Source: Octopus sinensis
Taxonomy: Eukaryota
Assembly: GCF_006345805.1 (NCBI RefSeq)
Contig: NC_043003.1
Location: 64,418,001-64,482,000, forward strand
DNA: 64,000 nucleotides
Direction of reading: 5' to 3'
Part shown: in pieces, positions 25,696-39,108 of the stretch
How positions within the stretch are numbered: position 1 is the stretch's first letter
Layout: each line of letters starts with the position of its first letter
Notes under the pieces: generated by a model
What the model was told of the DNA's origin: nothing
Database searches by the model: none
What the model saw: the letters and a program-made list of their open reading frames with translations, nothing else
Program-made: the position numbers and the translations under genes

Positions 25696-25739
25696 GGGAC
25701 TAGTATACTTTCATGCGTTATAGCAGTCTTCAAGGTCCC
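25696..25739 (-). ncRNA. Type I hammerhead motif with a one-nt core insertion
   Basis: Minus strand GGGAC-CTTGAAGA-cTGC tataac GCAt-GAAA-GTATAC-TA-GTCCC: perfect 5 bp stem I, palindromic stem III. Confidence 0.6.
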
Positions 25740-26377
25740 AGGTTGTGACAGGAGTGTTGCAACACATATATATAATACATACGTGTATATATATTCTCTT
25801 ATTCTCTTGTTTCAGTCATTTGACTGCAGCCACGCTGGAACACGATCTTCAAGAGTGTTAGTCGAACAAATCAACCCCAGGACTTATTCTTTGTAAGCCT
25901 AGTACTTATTCTATCGGTAACGTTTGCCGAACCGCTAAGTTACGGAGACGTAAACACACCAGCATCGGTTGTCAAGCGATAGTATGGGTACAAACACACA
26001 CTTTCCCAATGAAACTCGGTTTTTTCTCAAACTTTTTCTCAAACCTGTTATAATGTGATACATTTCTTTGGTGTGGTAATTGTACGCGGCTGAAGAAGGC
26101 TTTTGATCTATCTGTTATATCAATTATGCATTGATATAAGAATAAGTTGTTAAATAAAGCCTGAAACATATGTACCGCAAAATCCTTTGCGTCCTGTTTT
26201 TCATTTACTTCATTTGATACATATATATGTACATACATATATACGACGGGCTTCTTTCAGTTTCCGTCTACTAAGTCCCTCACAAGGGTTTGGTCGGCCC
26301 GTGGCTATAGTAGAAGACTGAATCCAGAACCATGTGGTTCGTAAGCAAGCTACTTACCACACAGCCACTCCTACGCG

Positions 26378-26415
<38 letters not shown>

Positions 26416-26443
26416 ATTATATATATATATATATTATATATAT

Positions 26444-26819
26444 AAAAACAATTACAGCGTGGAAGATGTTTGTAAGCCATTCAAAAATACTCAAAATCCG
26501 TTAGTTTCACTTCAACATTTACTTTTCATTTGTGTCAAAATATATTCTTCGTCGCTTTGTAACCGCGACCTGTTCATTGGCAAAACTTGGCGCTGCATCT
26601 GAGAAAATAGCAGTTCATGACATATATGTGTTTATGTATCATGAACTAACTGTTACTTTCTGAGATGCAGCGCCAAGTTTTGTCAGTGAACAGGTCGCGG
26701 TTTCGAAGCGACGAAGAAAATATTTTGACACAAATGGAAAGTAAATGTTGAAGTGAAAGAAACGGCTTTTGTGTTTTCTTGAATGGCTCACAAATATCTT
26801 CCACGCTGCAATTGTTTTT
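26444..26819. mobile_element. Foldback/MITE with ~175 bp diverged inverted arms
   Basis: AAAAACAATTACAGCGTGGAAG... and ...CTTCCACGCTGCAATTGTTTTT; arms pair almost to the centre. Confidence 0.85.
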
Positions 26820-27017
26820 GTTTCAGCACACGATCTCAGATCAAGTCACTTGCTATGCAAGTACATCTCCACTTGTTACTGTTATTCGTCTCTAGCTGGC
26901 TATACGACGCGCTGTCTGCGTCCTTATATTTTCGAACAAGGGAGTTTAGCGTCTCCACCCAGTTCTAAGCAATATCTGCGTACCAATGATTTCTGGGTTA
27001 TACATATACATATATAG

Positions 27018-27048
<31 letters not shown>

Positions 27049-27059
27049 GTTGGCCACAG

Positions 27060-27470
27060 ACTAATGACTGAAACAAGAAAATGATATAAGATAAAAGATA
27101 CTATTGAAGCAAGGTGAGATATGATTATCGAGGACGAAATAAGCAGAGTAAGATCATCGACTTCGCAATTAGCATACAATAACAGAGCCGTTATCAAAAA
27201 AATTGAGAAAACAGAAAAATATTAGGAATTAGCCAGGGAGCTGAGGAACTGTGGAAAACTAAAATGACAATTATTCCAGTAGAAATTTATCTACTCGGCA
27301 CAACACTCAAACTACCTACACAAGAAGCTGAAGGATATTGGAATTGAGAATAGAACTGTCGATCTGGATGAAAGTCTAATTTGCATTCCGTAAGAATCCT
27401 AAGGAAGATTCTTGAGATTTGTGGGAATTTGTTGTCACCAAACTTCAAGACAACATCCCTGCTAAATAAT
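27060..27470 (+). mobile_element. Decayed R4-type RLE 3' fragment
   Basis: KIIDFAI...EKTEKY*ELAREL..LWKTKMTIIPV...LHSVRILRKILEI. Confidence 0.65.
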
Positions 27471-27544
27471 ATAGCATGTAATAAAAACAAAAAAATGGTT
27501 TTCTATTATCGGCACAAGTCCTGAAATTTTGGGTAGGTTAGAAC

Positions 27545-27827
27545 TTCTGATGTGACGTACCGGCAGTTTTGTTTCTCATGTGTCAGGGACCGGTAATATT
27601 TCTTAGTGATATTAATTTATACCGGAAACAAATATATACAATGAATATAATAAAAGTTGACAATTTTTTTGTCATATTTATTTTGTAAACAAATAATACA
27701 ATATTACATAAGCATTTTGTAAGCATTTTATAATGTTTCTTTCTTTTCTGGAACCTCGCTGCGTACCAGCAGCTGATGGCTCGCGGACCGGCACCGGCCC
27801 GCGGACCACCGCTTGGAGAAGCACTGG
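27545..27827 (+). mobile_element. hAT/Charlie-like DNA transposon 3' fragment
   Basis: GC-rich subterminal CGCGGACCGGCACCGGCCCGCGGACCACCGCTTGGAGAAGCACTG resembles hAT-Charlie ends. Confidence 0.5.
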
Positions 27828-28074
27828 GTTAGACGATTGCATCAACTCCAGTGTTTGACTTATGTATCGACACTGAAAGGATGAATGGCAAAGTCAACTT
27901 CAGTGGCACTTCAAGTCAGAACGTAAAGATCTGAAAGAAGCACCGCTAAGCATTTTCTCCGGTGTGGGGACAATTCTGCCAGCTCGTCAAAGTAATAACG
28001 ATCGGGGTGAGTGTAGTAATAATAAAAAAAAAAGACGCTAGTAGAAACTGGTACGTGATAAAGGTAATAATCCT

Positions 28075-28258
28075 TTCTACTAAAGGCCTAAAATTTAGAG
28101 GGCAGGGATAAGTCGATTTCATCAACCCCAGTGTTTCACTGGTACTTAATTTATTGGCTCCAAAAGGATGACAGGCAAAGTCTACCTAGGCAGAATTTGA
28201 ACTCAGAACGTAACAGCAGACGAAAGGCAGCTAAGCATTTCGCCTGGCGTGCTAACAT
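28075..28258 (-). mobile_element. SINE family B (a second copy lies at ~27815-27990)
   Basis: CTGGTACTTAATTTATT...GGCAAAGTC...GAATTTGAACTCAGAACG. Confidence 0.8.
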
Positions 28259-28410
28259 TTCACATAGTTTATATATTAATTGTGCTCAACAGCTGTTTCG
28301 TTAAGATAAGAACCATCAAATGAATCACATTATTGAGGTACATTATTAAATGAGTTGAATACAATTAATGTATGACAGATTTGTCTGTGTGTGAATGTTA
28401 ATGTGTGCGC

Positions 28411-28463
<53 letters not shown>

Positions 28464-28509
28464 TATATATATTTATGTATGTACATATTTGAATGAAAGT
28501 ATGTATCAG

Positions 28510-28543
<34 letters not shown>

Positions 28544-29497
28544 CTCTCACACACGCATAATGTATATTAACGTAGACACAAAATTTTGAATTCTTCCCTC
28601 CTTTTCTCTGACTTTCTTCCTCCCTCTTTGCGTGTAGATATGTGTGTGTGTATGCATACATACACATACATACATACGTACGCACGCACACCATATACAC
28701 AAACAATTTAACAATAATTCTTTATCATGATGTTTGCTCAAAAAATGCACCATTTGAGGATTATTTCAGACACTAAAGCTTGTCTCACACACACACACAC
28801 GCGCGCGCGCGCGCGCACACACATGCATGAACAAAACTTATTCTGTGTTCAACACATTAAATATGTTAATACGAATGCAGTTGCTAAATGTCTGTGTAAC
28901 TGTATATAAATATATAAATTTCTAATTTTCAGCGACAGCCATTGTTGCATCCATGTGATTCTCTCCGGCGACGGCCGTTAATAGAATGAAAGAGAAAGAA
29001 GAAAAGCGTAAGAAATTACTTGATCTTAGTAAATAAATCTGTAGGCATTTACCTTAGGTTTTGTATGACCAAATGGTTTAGCGGTTCGGTTTGCAAGCCT
29101 TGGGTTCGATCAACTTGCATGGCATTTTGAATAAATATCTCTATTTTGTGAGGGAAACTGGGTTGATAGAATCTGAACGGAAGCCCGTTGGGTTGATTGT
29201 ACTTGACTTAATAAAGTACAGCTTTGTTACACACTGATTCAGCCTTACAGTTACAGTGAAAGTACAGTCACTTACACGTTTACTCGGGAACAGGAAATTA
29301 ATTTATTCCATCTGAATCCTCATCGGTAAACGATGAAGATTCCTTAAACTTTCCGTCGAAGAATATTGCGCGTTGCATTTGGTGGAAATTCATAACGTGT
29401 TAAGGCTGATATTAGATTCTAAAATGTTATCATTTTCGCCCGTGTCACCACAATACGTGACAGATTTGAGCGCCATTTTATTTCTCCGCGCACATTT

Positions 29498-29501
<4 letters not shown>

Positions 29502-29585
<84 letters not shown>
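29502..29585. repeat. (GA)n microsatellite
   Basis: Direct reading, ~40 units. Confidence 0.95.
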
Positions 29586-29588
<3 letters not shown>

Positions 29589-30179
29589 AGAAAAAGAGCT
29601 CAAAATAAATCGAGATCAAAATTTAAATTTGATTGAAATTAAAATTCCACACACACACACACAACACATCAATTTATATCATTTAATATATCACAAATGA
29701 TTTATTTGGATATATTTTGTTTGCGTTATCGAATATAAAGGGAGTAAATCTAGTACTTGATCTCTGATATGCATACGAGCTGAAGTACTGGAATCACGCC
29801 AGGGTCACCAATGTAGAGTTACGAAACCATTACATGACAGAAACAAAACGATGATGCGCTATAACTCTCCCAGTTGGAGTGAAAATAGCTGGTTGTTTTG
29901 TAGCTGATCAAGCAGACATTCTCAGAACATTTTAGTTGACTGTGACCTTTCCGCCTAATTGTACATCTATGGAATACTTTGAACAGCGTGTCTTTCCTGT
30001 TCTAAGACAATAAAATGTGATTTTAGGGAAATTTACTGGCTATCTCTAGCAGTTCGTTCAGCCATGTGGAAGCTTCTTCGAAGGTTAGTGAGGTAACACA
30101 CGCTGTTCTTTATTTCTATTACAAGCACTGAATCCATTCTATGTGTCACAAACAATGGCAATTTATTATATTCGTTATA

Positions 30180-30413
30180 TAGGGTGTTCAAAAAGTTTCA
30201 CCGCAGTAAGTATTGCAAAATAAACATTTATAAGATGGTATAAAGACTACAAAGGAATATATTAGACTTTACAAGACTTTAAAATACTTTATAAGAGGTG
30301 TTGAAAGTGTCACCATTCATTTTCGATACATAAGTTGACTCTTCTACACATATTTTTGAAATATATCTTGGAGAAAAAAAAAATTACTGTGGAGAGACTT
30401 TTTGAACACTCTG
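30180..30413. mobile_element. Tc1/mariner-type MITE
   Basis: TA|TAGGGTGTTCAAAAAGTTTC...GAGACTTTTTGAACACTCTG|TA; ~20 bp TIRs and TA TSD. Confidence 0.75.
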
Positions 30414-31159
30414 TACTGGCGACGAGTGCAAGTTCTGCCATACAGAGACGTTCTGTCTTGACATAGATTTTCTACATATAAATTAGTTTTTTTTTTTTTT
30501 AGTTTAAAGAGTTCAACAGATAAATACTAATTATACTAGTCCTAGGGAAGCAGTTTTGATTTAGTTACTTTTGTTTTAATCATAATTTATTGTAGAAAAC
30601 GGGAACATATTATAATAATAAATCATTTTTATATGTTTATGATTTTACAGATTGGTTTAAGAGAAGAGAAGCAATATGATGTTAACCGCTAAGTTGATGT
30701 TTGGTTGAATCGACTGAGCGCAGGAAAAAATGTATGCGTGTACATATATATACGCTATAGTAAGGCAGTTAAGAAAATAGAATTTATATATTATCAAGGT
30801 ACGCTAATTAGGTAGTATATTTATTTGAGAAGATTTGAAAAGTTTTGCGATATAAATGTGAGCAGCGATAATTAATTCATTACGCATATCCGATAGGTCC
30901 CCTCGTGGTTCAAATAATACTTAAAATCCCTCCATTATATGGAAGGACACAAACTACTACAAGCCATTGAAGAGTATATATATATATACATAGTGAAAGG
31001 CTTCGTTGGGAAGATTCCCCCCCACGTGGCAAGTTGTAGTGAAAAATATTAGAAGGAAAATGCACAGAATGTATATATTTTTTTATGAGATAAATATTAC
31101 AATTTCATAGTGCCGTAAGAAATTTTTAATCCATCTTAGTAAAAGGAAATTTTTTTGTG

Positions 31160-31227
<68 letters not shown>

Positions 31228-31233
31228 CACACA

Positions 31234-31319
<86 letters not shown>

Positions 31320-31320
<1 letters not shown>

Positions 31321-33062
31321 GTTTTTCCTTCTTTCTTCAAATTTACTTCCGTTTCTCGGCGGGTGTTTTCCATACACCTAGGGCAGAGAAGCTCATTGTA
31401 TGCATTCCCAGATTACACACGCAAATTCACAGATAGAATATGTATTTAAAAATTAATAAATAAATAAATTCATGGATGGATGTTGTTTTCACAGCAATAA
31501 TGCTCTTCTCAGTACATGAGCCGTTCCAGTTAAAACGATTTTTTGCACTTCCTGTAGGGATGGTAAGCCTGGAATAATTTTCAAATAGGTTTCAGTACCA
31601 ATTTTTTATCATTCCTAGAGATCCTACAACATTTTTAAAAATTCTATTAGCAGGTCTTTATATTTACTAATCTTGTCAAATTCTTTCGCCGCTATATTGT
31701 GATCGCAAGGGCTACTCATGTCAATTAATAAACACATCTTTTTTGTCTGATCTTTTATAATAATATCCGATTTATTAGCTTTTATAGTCTTGTCGGTCTG
31801 TACGGGGAAGTTCCATAGAATCAACACATTTTCTCCCTCAGTCACAGCTTCAGGATGGTGTTTATACCATTTGTCAGCGGTTTTGATTTTATAATACCGA
31901 CATATTGTCCAATGTAAATACTGGCCGACTCTGTCATGTCTTGCTTTATATTCTGCAGGTGCTAAGACTCTACACCCTGAGATTAGGTGGTCTATTGTTT
32001 CGATCTCATCGTTACAGAATCGGCATTTTGGGTCAGCTCCATTTTTTTATCACATTGGCTTGGTAGTTCCGGGTTAATAAGCTTTGGTCTTGAGCAGCTA
32101 ATATGAAACCTTCACTCCCTGCTTTTAGCCCTGAGCTTCGTAACCATTAGTGCGTGTGTTCCTGGTCTACATCAGCTTGTTTGCTACGGGCCACATATTT
32201 GCCATGGAGAGGTTTCTGTTCTCATCTGCTAGCTAAATTTTCATGTGCTTTTGTCTTTGCAATTAATTTTACTTTCGTTGCAGCTGCAGTTGGCGTATTT
32301 CCTTCAGCCTGATCAATCTGGTGGGTATCTAAGAGATCAGCATCGAATTTTTTGCTCTCTTTGAGAATAGAGTAAAGTTTTTTCGGTCTTTCAGGTTTTT
32401 CAACAAGTTTTAGCATCCAATCATTGGTTGCTTCAAGGTATTTGGCCAGTCCGATTGTGGTGGTTTTGTATGTAAGTTCAAGCTGGATCAAACCTGGACC
32501 TCCCTGAGCTCTGGGAAGGTAAAGGCGATCCACGTCTGCCTTTGGATGGTGCGTCTTATTACAAGTCAGTAGCTTGCGGATCTTTCTGTCAATGTTCATT
32601 ATTTCACTGGTATTCCAGTTAAGCACATTGAAGCTATAAAGAACAACTGGTACTGCTAAGGAATTTATGGCTAACACCTTATTGTATGCATTCAGCTCAG
32701 ACTTCAGGACTGCTCGAACTCTTCTATAACATTCCTTCCTAACCTTCTCTTTCATGTTTACATGCTGGATACCAGAGCCTTCATTTATTCCTAGGTATTT
32801 ATAGGTTTGTATCTGCTCAAGTTCCTTTATTACTGTTTCGACATCTAATTCGATTGAACTTGACTTTACCAATTTCCCTTTCTTAAAAGTGACTTTGGCA
32901 CACTTTTCAAGGCCAAACTCCATCCCGATATCATCACTGAATCCTTTCACAGTATGTAATAATCCGTCAAGCTCTTCATCATTTTTGCCATATAGCTTTA
33001 AATCATCCATATAAAATAGATGGCTTATTTTCCTGTTGTCAATTTTGTAGCTATATCCTGTT
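31320..33062 (-). mobile_element. 5'-truncated R4/Dong-type element (RT C-half, CCHC, RLE) with (TAA)n tail
   Basis: HLFYMDDLKLYGK, GMEFGLEKCAK, HHPKADVDRLYLPR, ILWNFPVQTDK..IDMSSP..KISKYKDL; (TTA)n at 31237-31319. Confidence 0.9.
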
Positions 33063-33268
33063 CCACTGTAGCACTTTCGCTACCTGATCGTGTCACCACA
33101 GCTTATAGTGGTTTTCGGCAAGTCTAGGGCATTTGTTCGTGATATGAGCAATGGTTTCATTCACTCTATCGCAGATGCGGCACAACGGAGACACTTGCTC
33201 ATTCCTAATGCTGACCTCTCAGTTCGTGACCAAAGCTTGGTCTTGAACTGCCAGTATAGTGCTTTCGG
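33063..33268 (-). mobile_element. CCHC-region fragment of a different R4-type family fused upstream of the RT fragment
   Basis: TESTILAVQDQALVTN..CRICDRVNETIAHITNKC..HDQVAKVLQW, bounded by (GAA)n at 33269-33372. Confidence 0.8.
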
Positions 33269-34011
33269 TCTTCTTCTTCTTCTTCTTCTTCTTCTTCTTC
33301 TTCTTCTTCTTCTTCTTCTTCTTCTTCTTCTTCTTCTTCTTCTCTTCTTCTTTTCTTCTTCTTCTTCTTCTTTCGCTTAGGGATATAATGGTGTGAGAAT
33401 TCAATATCCATGTGGTTCAGAACAAAGCGCCAGTCGAGTACAGAGCAGTGATAAGTAATTAAAATGACAAAGGAAAACGAATTATATCATGAAATTCATT
33501 GTCAATTTTAATAGCTCTCTCTATATATATTCAATATATTATTTATTTATTGTTCTGGTGTCCTAATAATAAGGCCACTTTCTTGGTTTCCGTGGTGAAT
33601 AAGCGACCGAGATCACATCACTACTGAACGAGATACAGTCTGTTGCAGGCTACATACATAATACACACATACATACATAAATAGATACATACATATTACA
33701 TACATACATACATAATACATACATACATACATACATAAATAGATACATACATATTACATACATACATACATAATACATACATACATACATAAATAGATAC
33801 ATACATGCATGCATGCATGCATACATACATACATGCATAGATACATACATGCATGCATACATGCATACATACACACATACATACATACACATACGCACAA
33901 ATACCTACCTACTTACAAGCATACATATATACATACATACATACACATACACACACATACATACCTACCTACCTACATACATACATACATACATGCGCGC
34001 GCGCGCACACA

Positions 34012-34049
<38 letters not shown>

Positions 34050-35321
34050 ACACACTAACACGCACATGTTTTCAAACTACTCAAATTTTCGTGGAATGTT
34101 ATGCGGAGTTCTCAGCTCAATTTAACAAAAGCTCACCATTCCTCAGATTGCTGGCTAGATCAAAATTCTGATAAGCCATTTCCTTTTATCGTGTATCATA
34201 GAAGAAATTCTTCGCTTTTATTTTCACCAATGCGAAAATGGTAATATTTTATAATGCCTACAATAGAAATTCTGGGGAGTTTTTTTTTAAGTTATGCATA
34301 TTTTATCCATTCTGTAATTACTGCATAGTATATTTGATTATGTGTGTGGAGAGGGAGAAGCGTGTGTGTGTGCGTGTTTAAGGATAATTATAATGAAAGC
34401 TTTATTATAATTTTAATTATTCATTTATAATGTATAGTAACTCGATCAAAAGTTAATTTTGCTACAATAAAACACGAGACACTGAGTGCGCGTGCAGTTT
34501 TATACACACAGATGGCAGTGGAAAGAAGTTAAAAAACGTAAAATATTATATATATATATATATATATAGCATAAATAGATAACTTAAGAAAAAAATAATT
34601 TGATGCATAACAGTAAATAAAAAATAATCCAGCAGAAAAATAACTGTTAAGCAGTCATGCTACATTCAAACGATCATTTATGAGGTAGCAGCCACCTCTG
34701 TAGACATTGGACGTAAGCTTGTATAAGGCTTACGGAAGATGAATTTAAACAAAGATATGATAACCCTTCTTAATCCTTTAGAAACGTAGAAAAGAAAAAC
34801 AAAGCTATCTAATTAGGCATGTTAACCATATAGAAATGGTAACAAAAGTCTGTGAATTTTGCTTTTAATAAGTTTATATTAAACTATCTTGATAAAACTG
34901 CAGACCATTTGAATATCTCATCTGAGATTTTCGAAACACGCCACTGCTTCAACGAATATTTGTTGAAATACTAAAAGTTTATGCCACCGTCTGATTACAA
35001 ATTAATGTATATGTACCAGAAGATCTGGTTTTTTTTCTGCAGCACTCATACTATATCTATGCCCACACCTATACCATTCATGTCTCCAAATCAATATGTT
35101 CTTTTGTTTCACACTCTCAATCAATAACACAACTACTTTCTGCTGCCGACGCATTGCACAATATGCGATCAAAACAAAATATTCATAGAAAATGATTTCA
35201 TTATTTTAACTTAATGATTTTCGCTTAAATTCATTATCTCATGACTTTATAAATTTTTTCCTAGATATTTTTCTCTGCTCTTAATATCAGTTGTTTAATA
35301 TATTTGATTCAGAAGGCGGCA

Positions 35322-35712
35322 AGCTGGCAGAAACGTTAGCACGCCGGGCGAAATGCTTAGCAGTATTTCGTCTGCCACTACGTTCTGAGTTCAAATTCCG
35401 CCGAGGTCGACTTTGCCTTTCATCCTTTCGGGGTCGATTAAATAAGTACCAGTTATGCACTGGGGTCGATATAGTCGACTTAATCCGTTTGTCTGTCCTT
35501 GTTTGTCCTCTCTGTGTTTAGCTCCTTGTGGGTAGTAAAGAAATAGGTATTTCGTTTGCCGTTACGTTCTGAGTTCAAATTCCGCCAAGGTCGACTTTGT
35601 CTTTTATCCTTTCGGGGTCGATAAATTAAGTACCAGTTGAGTACTGGGATAGATCTAATCGACTGGCCCCCTTCTCCAAAATTTCGGGCGTTGTGCCTAG
35701 AGTAGAAAAGAA
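35322..35712 (+). mobile_element. Dimeric SINE family B
   Basis: Full monomer, linker ending AAAGAAATAGGTATTTCGT, then headless second monomer; same layout at 45910-46278. Confidence 0.85.
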
Positions 35713-36651
35713 TATATTTAATTCAGCTCCTCACTAAACAACCATTACTAACAAGCATGTATTTTAATTCTTCAATCTTATAAATTTTAATTAAGTCGAA
35801 GGAAATAATTCATCCAAAACAATTTTAACTAATTAATAAGTTACATCTCTAATAATAACACATTGCCGACCGGCAAGACCGGAAGTTTCGTTCGCCATTG
35901 TAAAACACGTTATATGCAGATGTCAAGAGGCATACAACTGGTTGATGCTTATTAATTTGGAGATTGGTCACATCTTACTTTCAATGAAACATCGAGTCAT
36001 GCTGTATAACCACTAAAAGCCCTATCATTGTTAAATATTTCACTCAACTATACCTTATTTGTGGAGTACTCCGATACCTTTTTAGTTCACTTAAACATCT
36101 ACATTATACATACATAGTACACACACACAATCACATATATATTTATATATACGAATGTTGGTTATATATAACATGTACATACCTGACAAGTTTAATCGTT
36201 ATTTAATCTGATTTATCATGTCATTTTACTGAAAAAAATTATTCAGTGCAGTATGTATATCGTAATTATATATTTGGAGCGCATAATGCAAACTATTTGT
36301 GTAACAAATCATGGTAAGCCAGACAGCCACTTCACAAAAACCAGAGGCAGCGTCAGCCAGAAACCTGGGGTTTTATTAGTTATCCACACACAAGTCTATG
36401 TAACATCCATGATGTGGCAGTTTGTGAATCATACATTACCTGTTATCCTTCCGAAGTTCATTTAATCTAATCAGATTAAGACGTTTTGAACTTAGCAACA
36501 AATCCATGACATCCCACATCCACTAAAAGCATTGTAATATATCATTCCCTTACAAATCCTTAACTCCTTCCTATTTTAGGGATCTGCAACTTCACAAGAT
36601 ACAAAATACTTTTTAAGAATTTCCAAGACCTTTTCTCTCACTCTATTTGTA

Positions 36652-37217
36652 TTGGGTTGTCCGGAAAGTTCGTGCCGATTTTTAAAGGAAAGAAAAAGGT
36701 CAATAAATACTTGCTATTACATTTTTAATCAACCAAATATGAACCATTTTGTTGCACAATGCGTCTCCATCTATCCTTTAACTTGAAAATACCCTCTTCC
36801 CAGAATTGAGGCGGTTTCATGGCAAAGAGTTCATCAAAGTATCTTGTTACGTCATCCAAGGAATTGAAATTTTTACCATTAAGACTATTCTGCAGAGACC
36901 TGAATAAGTGGAAATCCGAAGGAGCAATATCTGGTGAATATGGAGGGTGCGGTAAAACATCCCAGCCGAGCTGCAGCAATTTTTGTCTGGTTCCCAAATC
37001 ATCATGGGCCGAAAATGAACTTTCTTATCTTCCATTTTAAAGGGTTACAGAATTAATACCGGTTATAGGAACATAAACCTTCTTCCACGAAAAGATAGCT
37101 TAAACTGTGCTCTGAATGGAGGTGTAGTCAAATCCTATTTTATGAACTTAACTATGTTCTAAAATAAGTCGAAAGGTAAGCTACTATAAATCGGCACGAA
37201 CTTTCCGGTCAACCCAA
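36652..37217 (-). mobile_element. Internally deleted mariner element (566 bp)
   Basis: 30 bp TIRs TTGGGTTG(T/A)CCGGAAAGTTCGTGCCGATTT and TA TSD; MEDKKVHFR start (37035) joined to the C-terminus ..HPPYSPDIAPSDFHLF..NGSYLVD* (36725). Confidence 0.95.
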
Positions 37218-37692
37218 TATTTTTACGACTTTCAGTCACAACAGAAACAAAAGCTACACACAGACACACGCTTACACGCATACACACACATGCACGCACA
37301 CACCCACAACAACAACAAAAACAACAACAGCAGTAACTACAACGTATCTTAGCAATGTCAATGTTCTGCAGCTAAGTGGCAGAAGAAAAAGCAACAACAA
37401 AAAAAACGAGCACCTTGGCAAGCTTTACATTACTCTATTAAACATTTTTGCAGCTACGGCGATTCGTGGCGTTAATAATTTCAATTTATAAAGACAATAC
37501 TGAGGAAATTATTGTCAAATAACAATAAACTCTACTGAAAGAACTAATGAGATTTCATTGTGCATTGTTAACTGTAACAATTTCAACAACTATTTTCCTT
37601 TTTTTTTGTTGTTGTTGCGTCTTTCAGGTTTTCTAAAGTAAAATATTCCAAGTATGTACTGATATTTTCTATTCTGATTTATTAAACACTTA

Positions 37693-37761
<69 letters not shown>

Positions 37762-37765
37762 CGCG

Positions 37766-37810
<45 letters not shown>

Positions 37811-38008
37811 ACACGCACACACACACGCACGCGCACACACACACACGTACACATACACAAGCACACACACACACGTACACACACACAAGCACACACACGC
37901 ACACATACATACACACACACGAGTGCACACACACGCGCACACGTATACACACACGTGCACACGTACACACACGCTGACACTTAAACACACATACAAGCAC
38001 ATTGCATT

Positions 38009-38046
<38 letters not shown>

Positions 38047-38096
38047 TATACAATAAAAATGGTAAATAATTGTCAAGACCTTTGTAAGGTTCAGTA

Positions 38097-39108
38097 TATA
38101 GTAAAGAAAAATAAGTTGGCTAGCAGCAAGCTGTTTCGCCTCATACCGAAGGAATTAGAAGTGGCAGTCAAAGACCGTTTTTTCCATTTCTATAAGTGGA
38201 GATTCCAAAAAACGAAGGCCCTTGCGGCTCACATACACAAAACCGGAGTGGCAAATATACGAATTCAGTCACTTACCGTTAATAGCGAACACGGTGTTTC
38301 TGGATCACAAACATATAAAAAAGGGGAGTTTGAATTCCGTCATCAGCGCTATATTCGATAGCTTTATCAATGCCACCAGCCCTCACTTCTGACCCCGCGC
38401 CATCAGATAGTGGGGGGAAGTGCGCAGATGTTAAAACCAAGTAACGACTGGAACGTAAATTTTCCCTCCAAATTTCTGCCATGCGCGCCTTCTGGGTAAT
38501 CGTAATGGAATGAGGAATTCCACATGTTAATACAATAAAAATGGTAATATTTTCCTGTGGTTTTTCGTGTAACCAACAATTATTTACCGGTAAATTTCGG
38601 TATGTAAATACGACAAAATAATTGTCAAGACCTTTGTAAGGTTCAGTATATAGTAAAGAAAAATATTGTTGTATACCATGTGGATTTCCTCATCCATTAC
38701 GATTACCCAGAAGGCGCGCATGGCAGAAATTTGGAGGGAAAATTTACGTCCCAGTCGTTACTTGGTTTTAACATCTGCGCACTTACCCCCACTATCTGAT
38801 GTCGCTGGGGTCAGAAGTGAGGGCTGGGGTGGCATTGATAAAGCTATCGAATAGCGCTGATGACGGAATTCAAAACTCCCCTTTTTTTATATGTTTGTGA
38901 TCCAGAACACCGTGTTCGCTATTAACGGTAAGTGACTGAATTCGTATATTTGCCACTCCGGTTTTGTGTATGTGAGCCCAAGGGCCTTCGTTTTTTGGAA
39001 TCTCCACTATATTAGAAATGGAAAAAACGGTCTTTGACTGCCACTTCTAATTCCTTCGGTATGAGGCGAAACAGTTGCTGCTAGCCAACTTATTTTCTTT
39101 ACTATATA
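38097..39108. repeat. ~1 kb palindrome: ~430 bp near-identical inverted arms and ~150 bp spacer
   Basis: 38097-38527 is the reverse complement of 38678-39108, with mostly single-base indels; spacer repeats left-flank segments. Confidence 0.95.

Noticed and set aside
38335-38880. CTGATGA in the palindrome arms
   Set aside because: Not followed by stem II-GAAA
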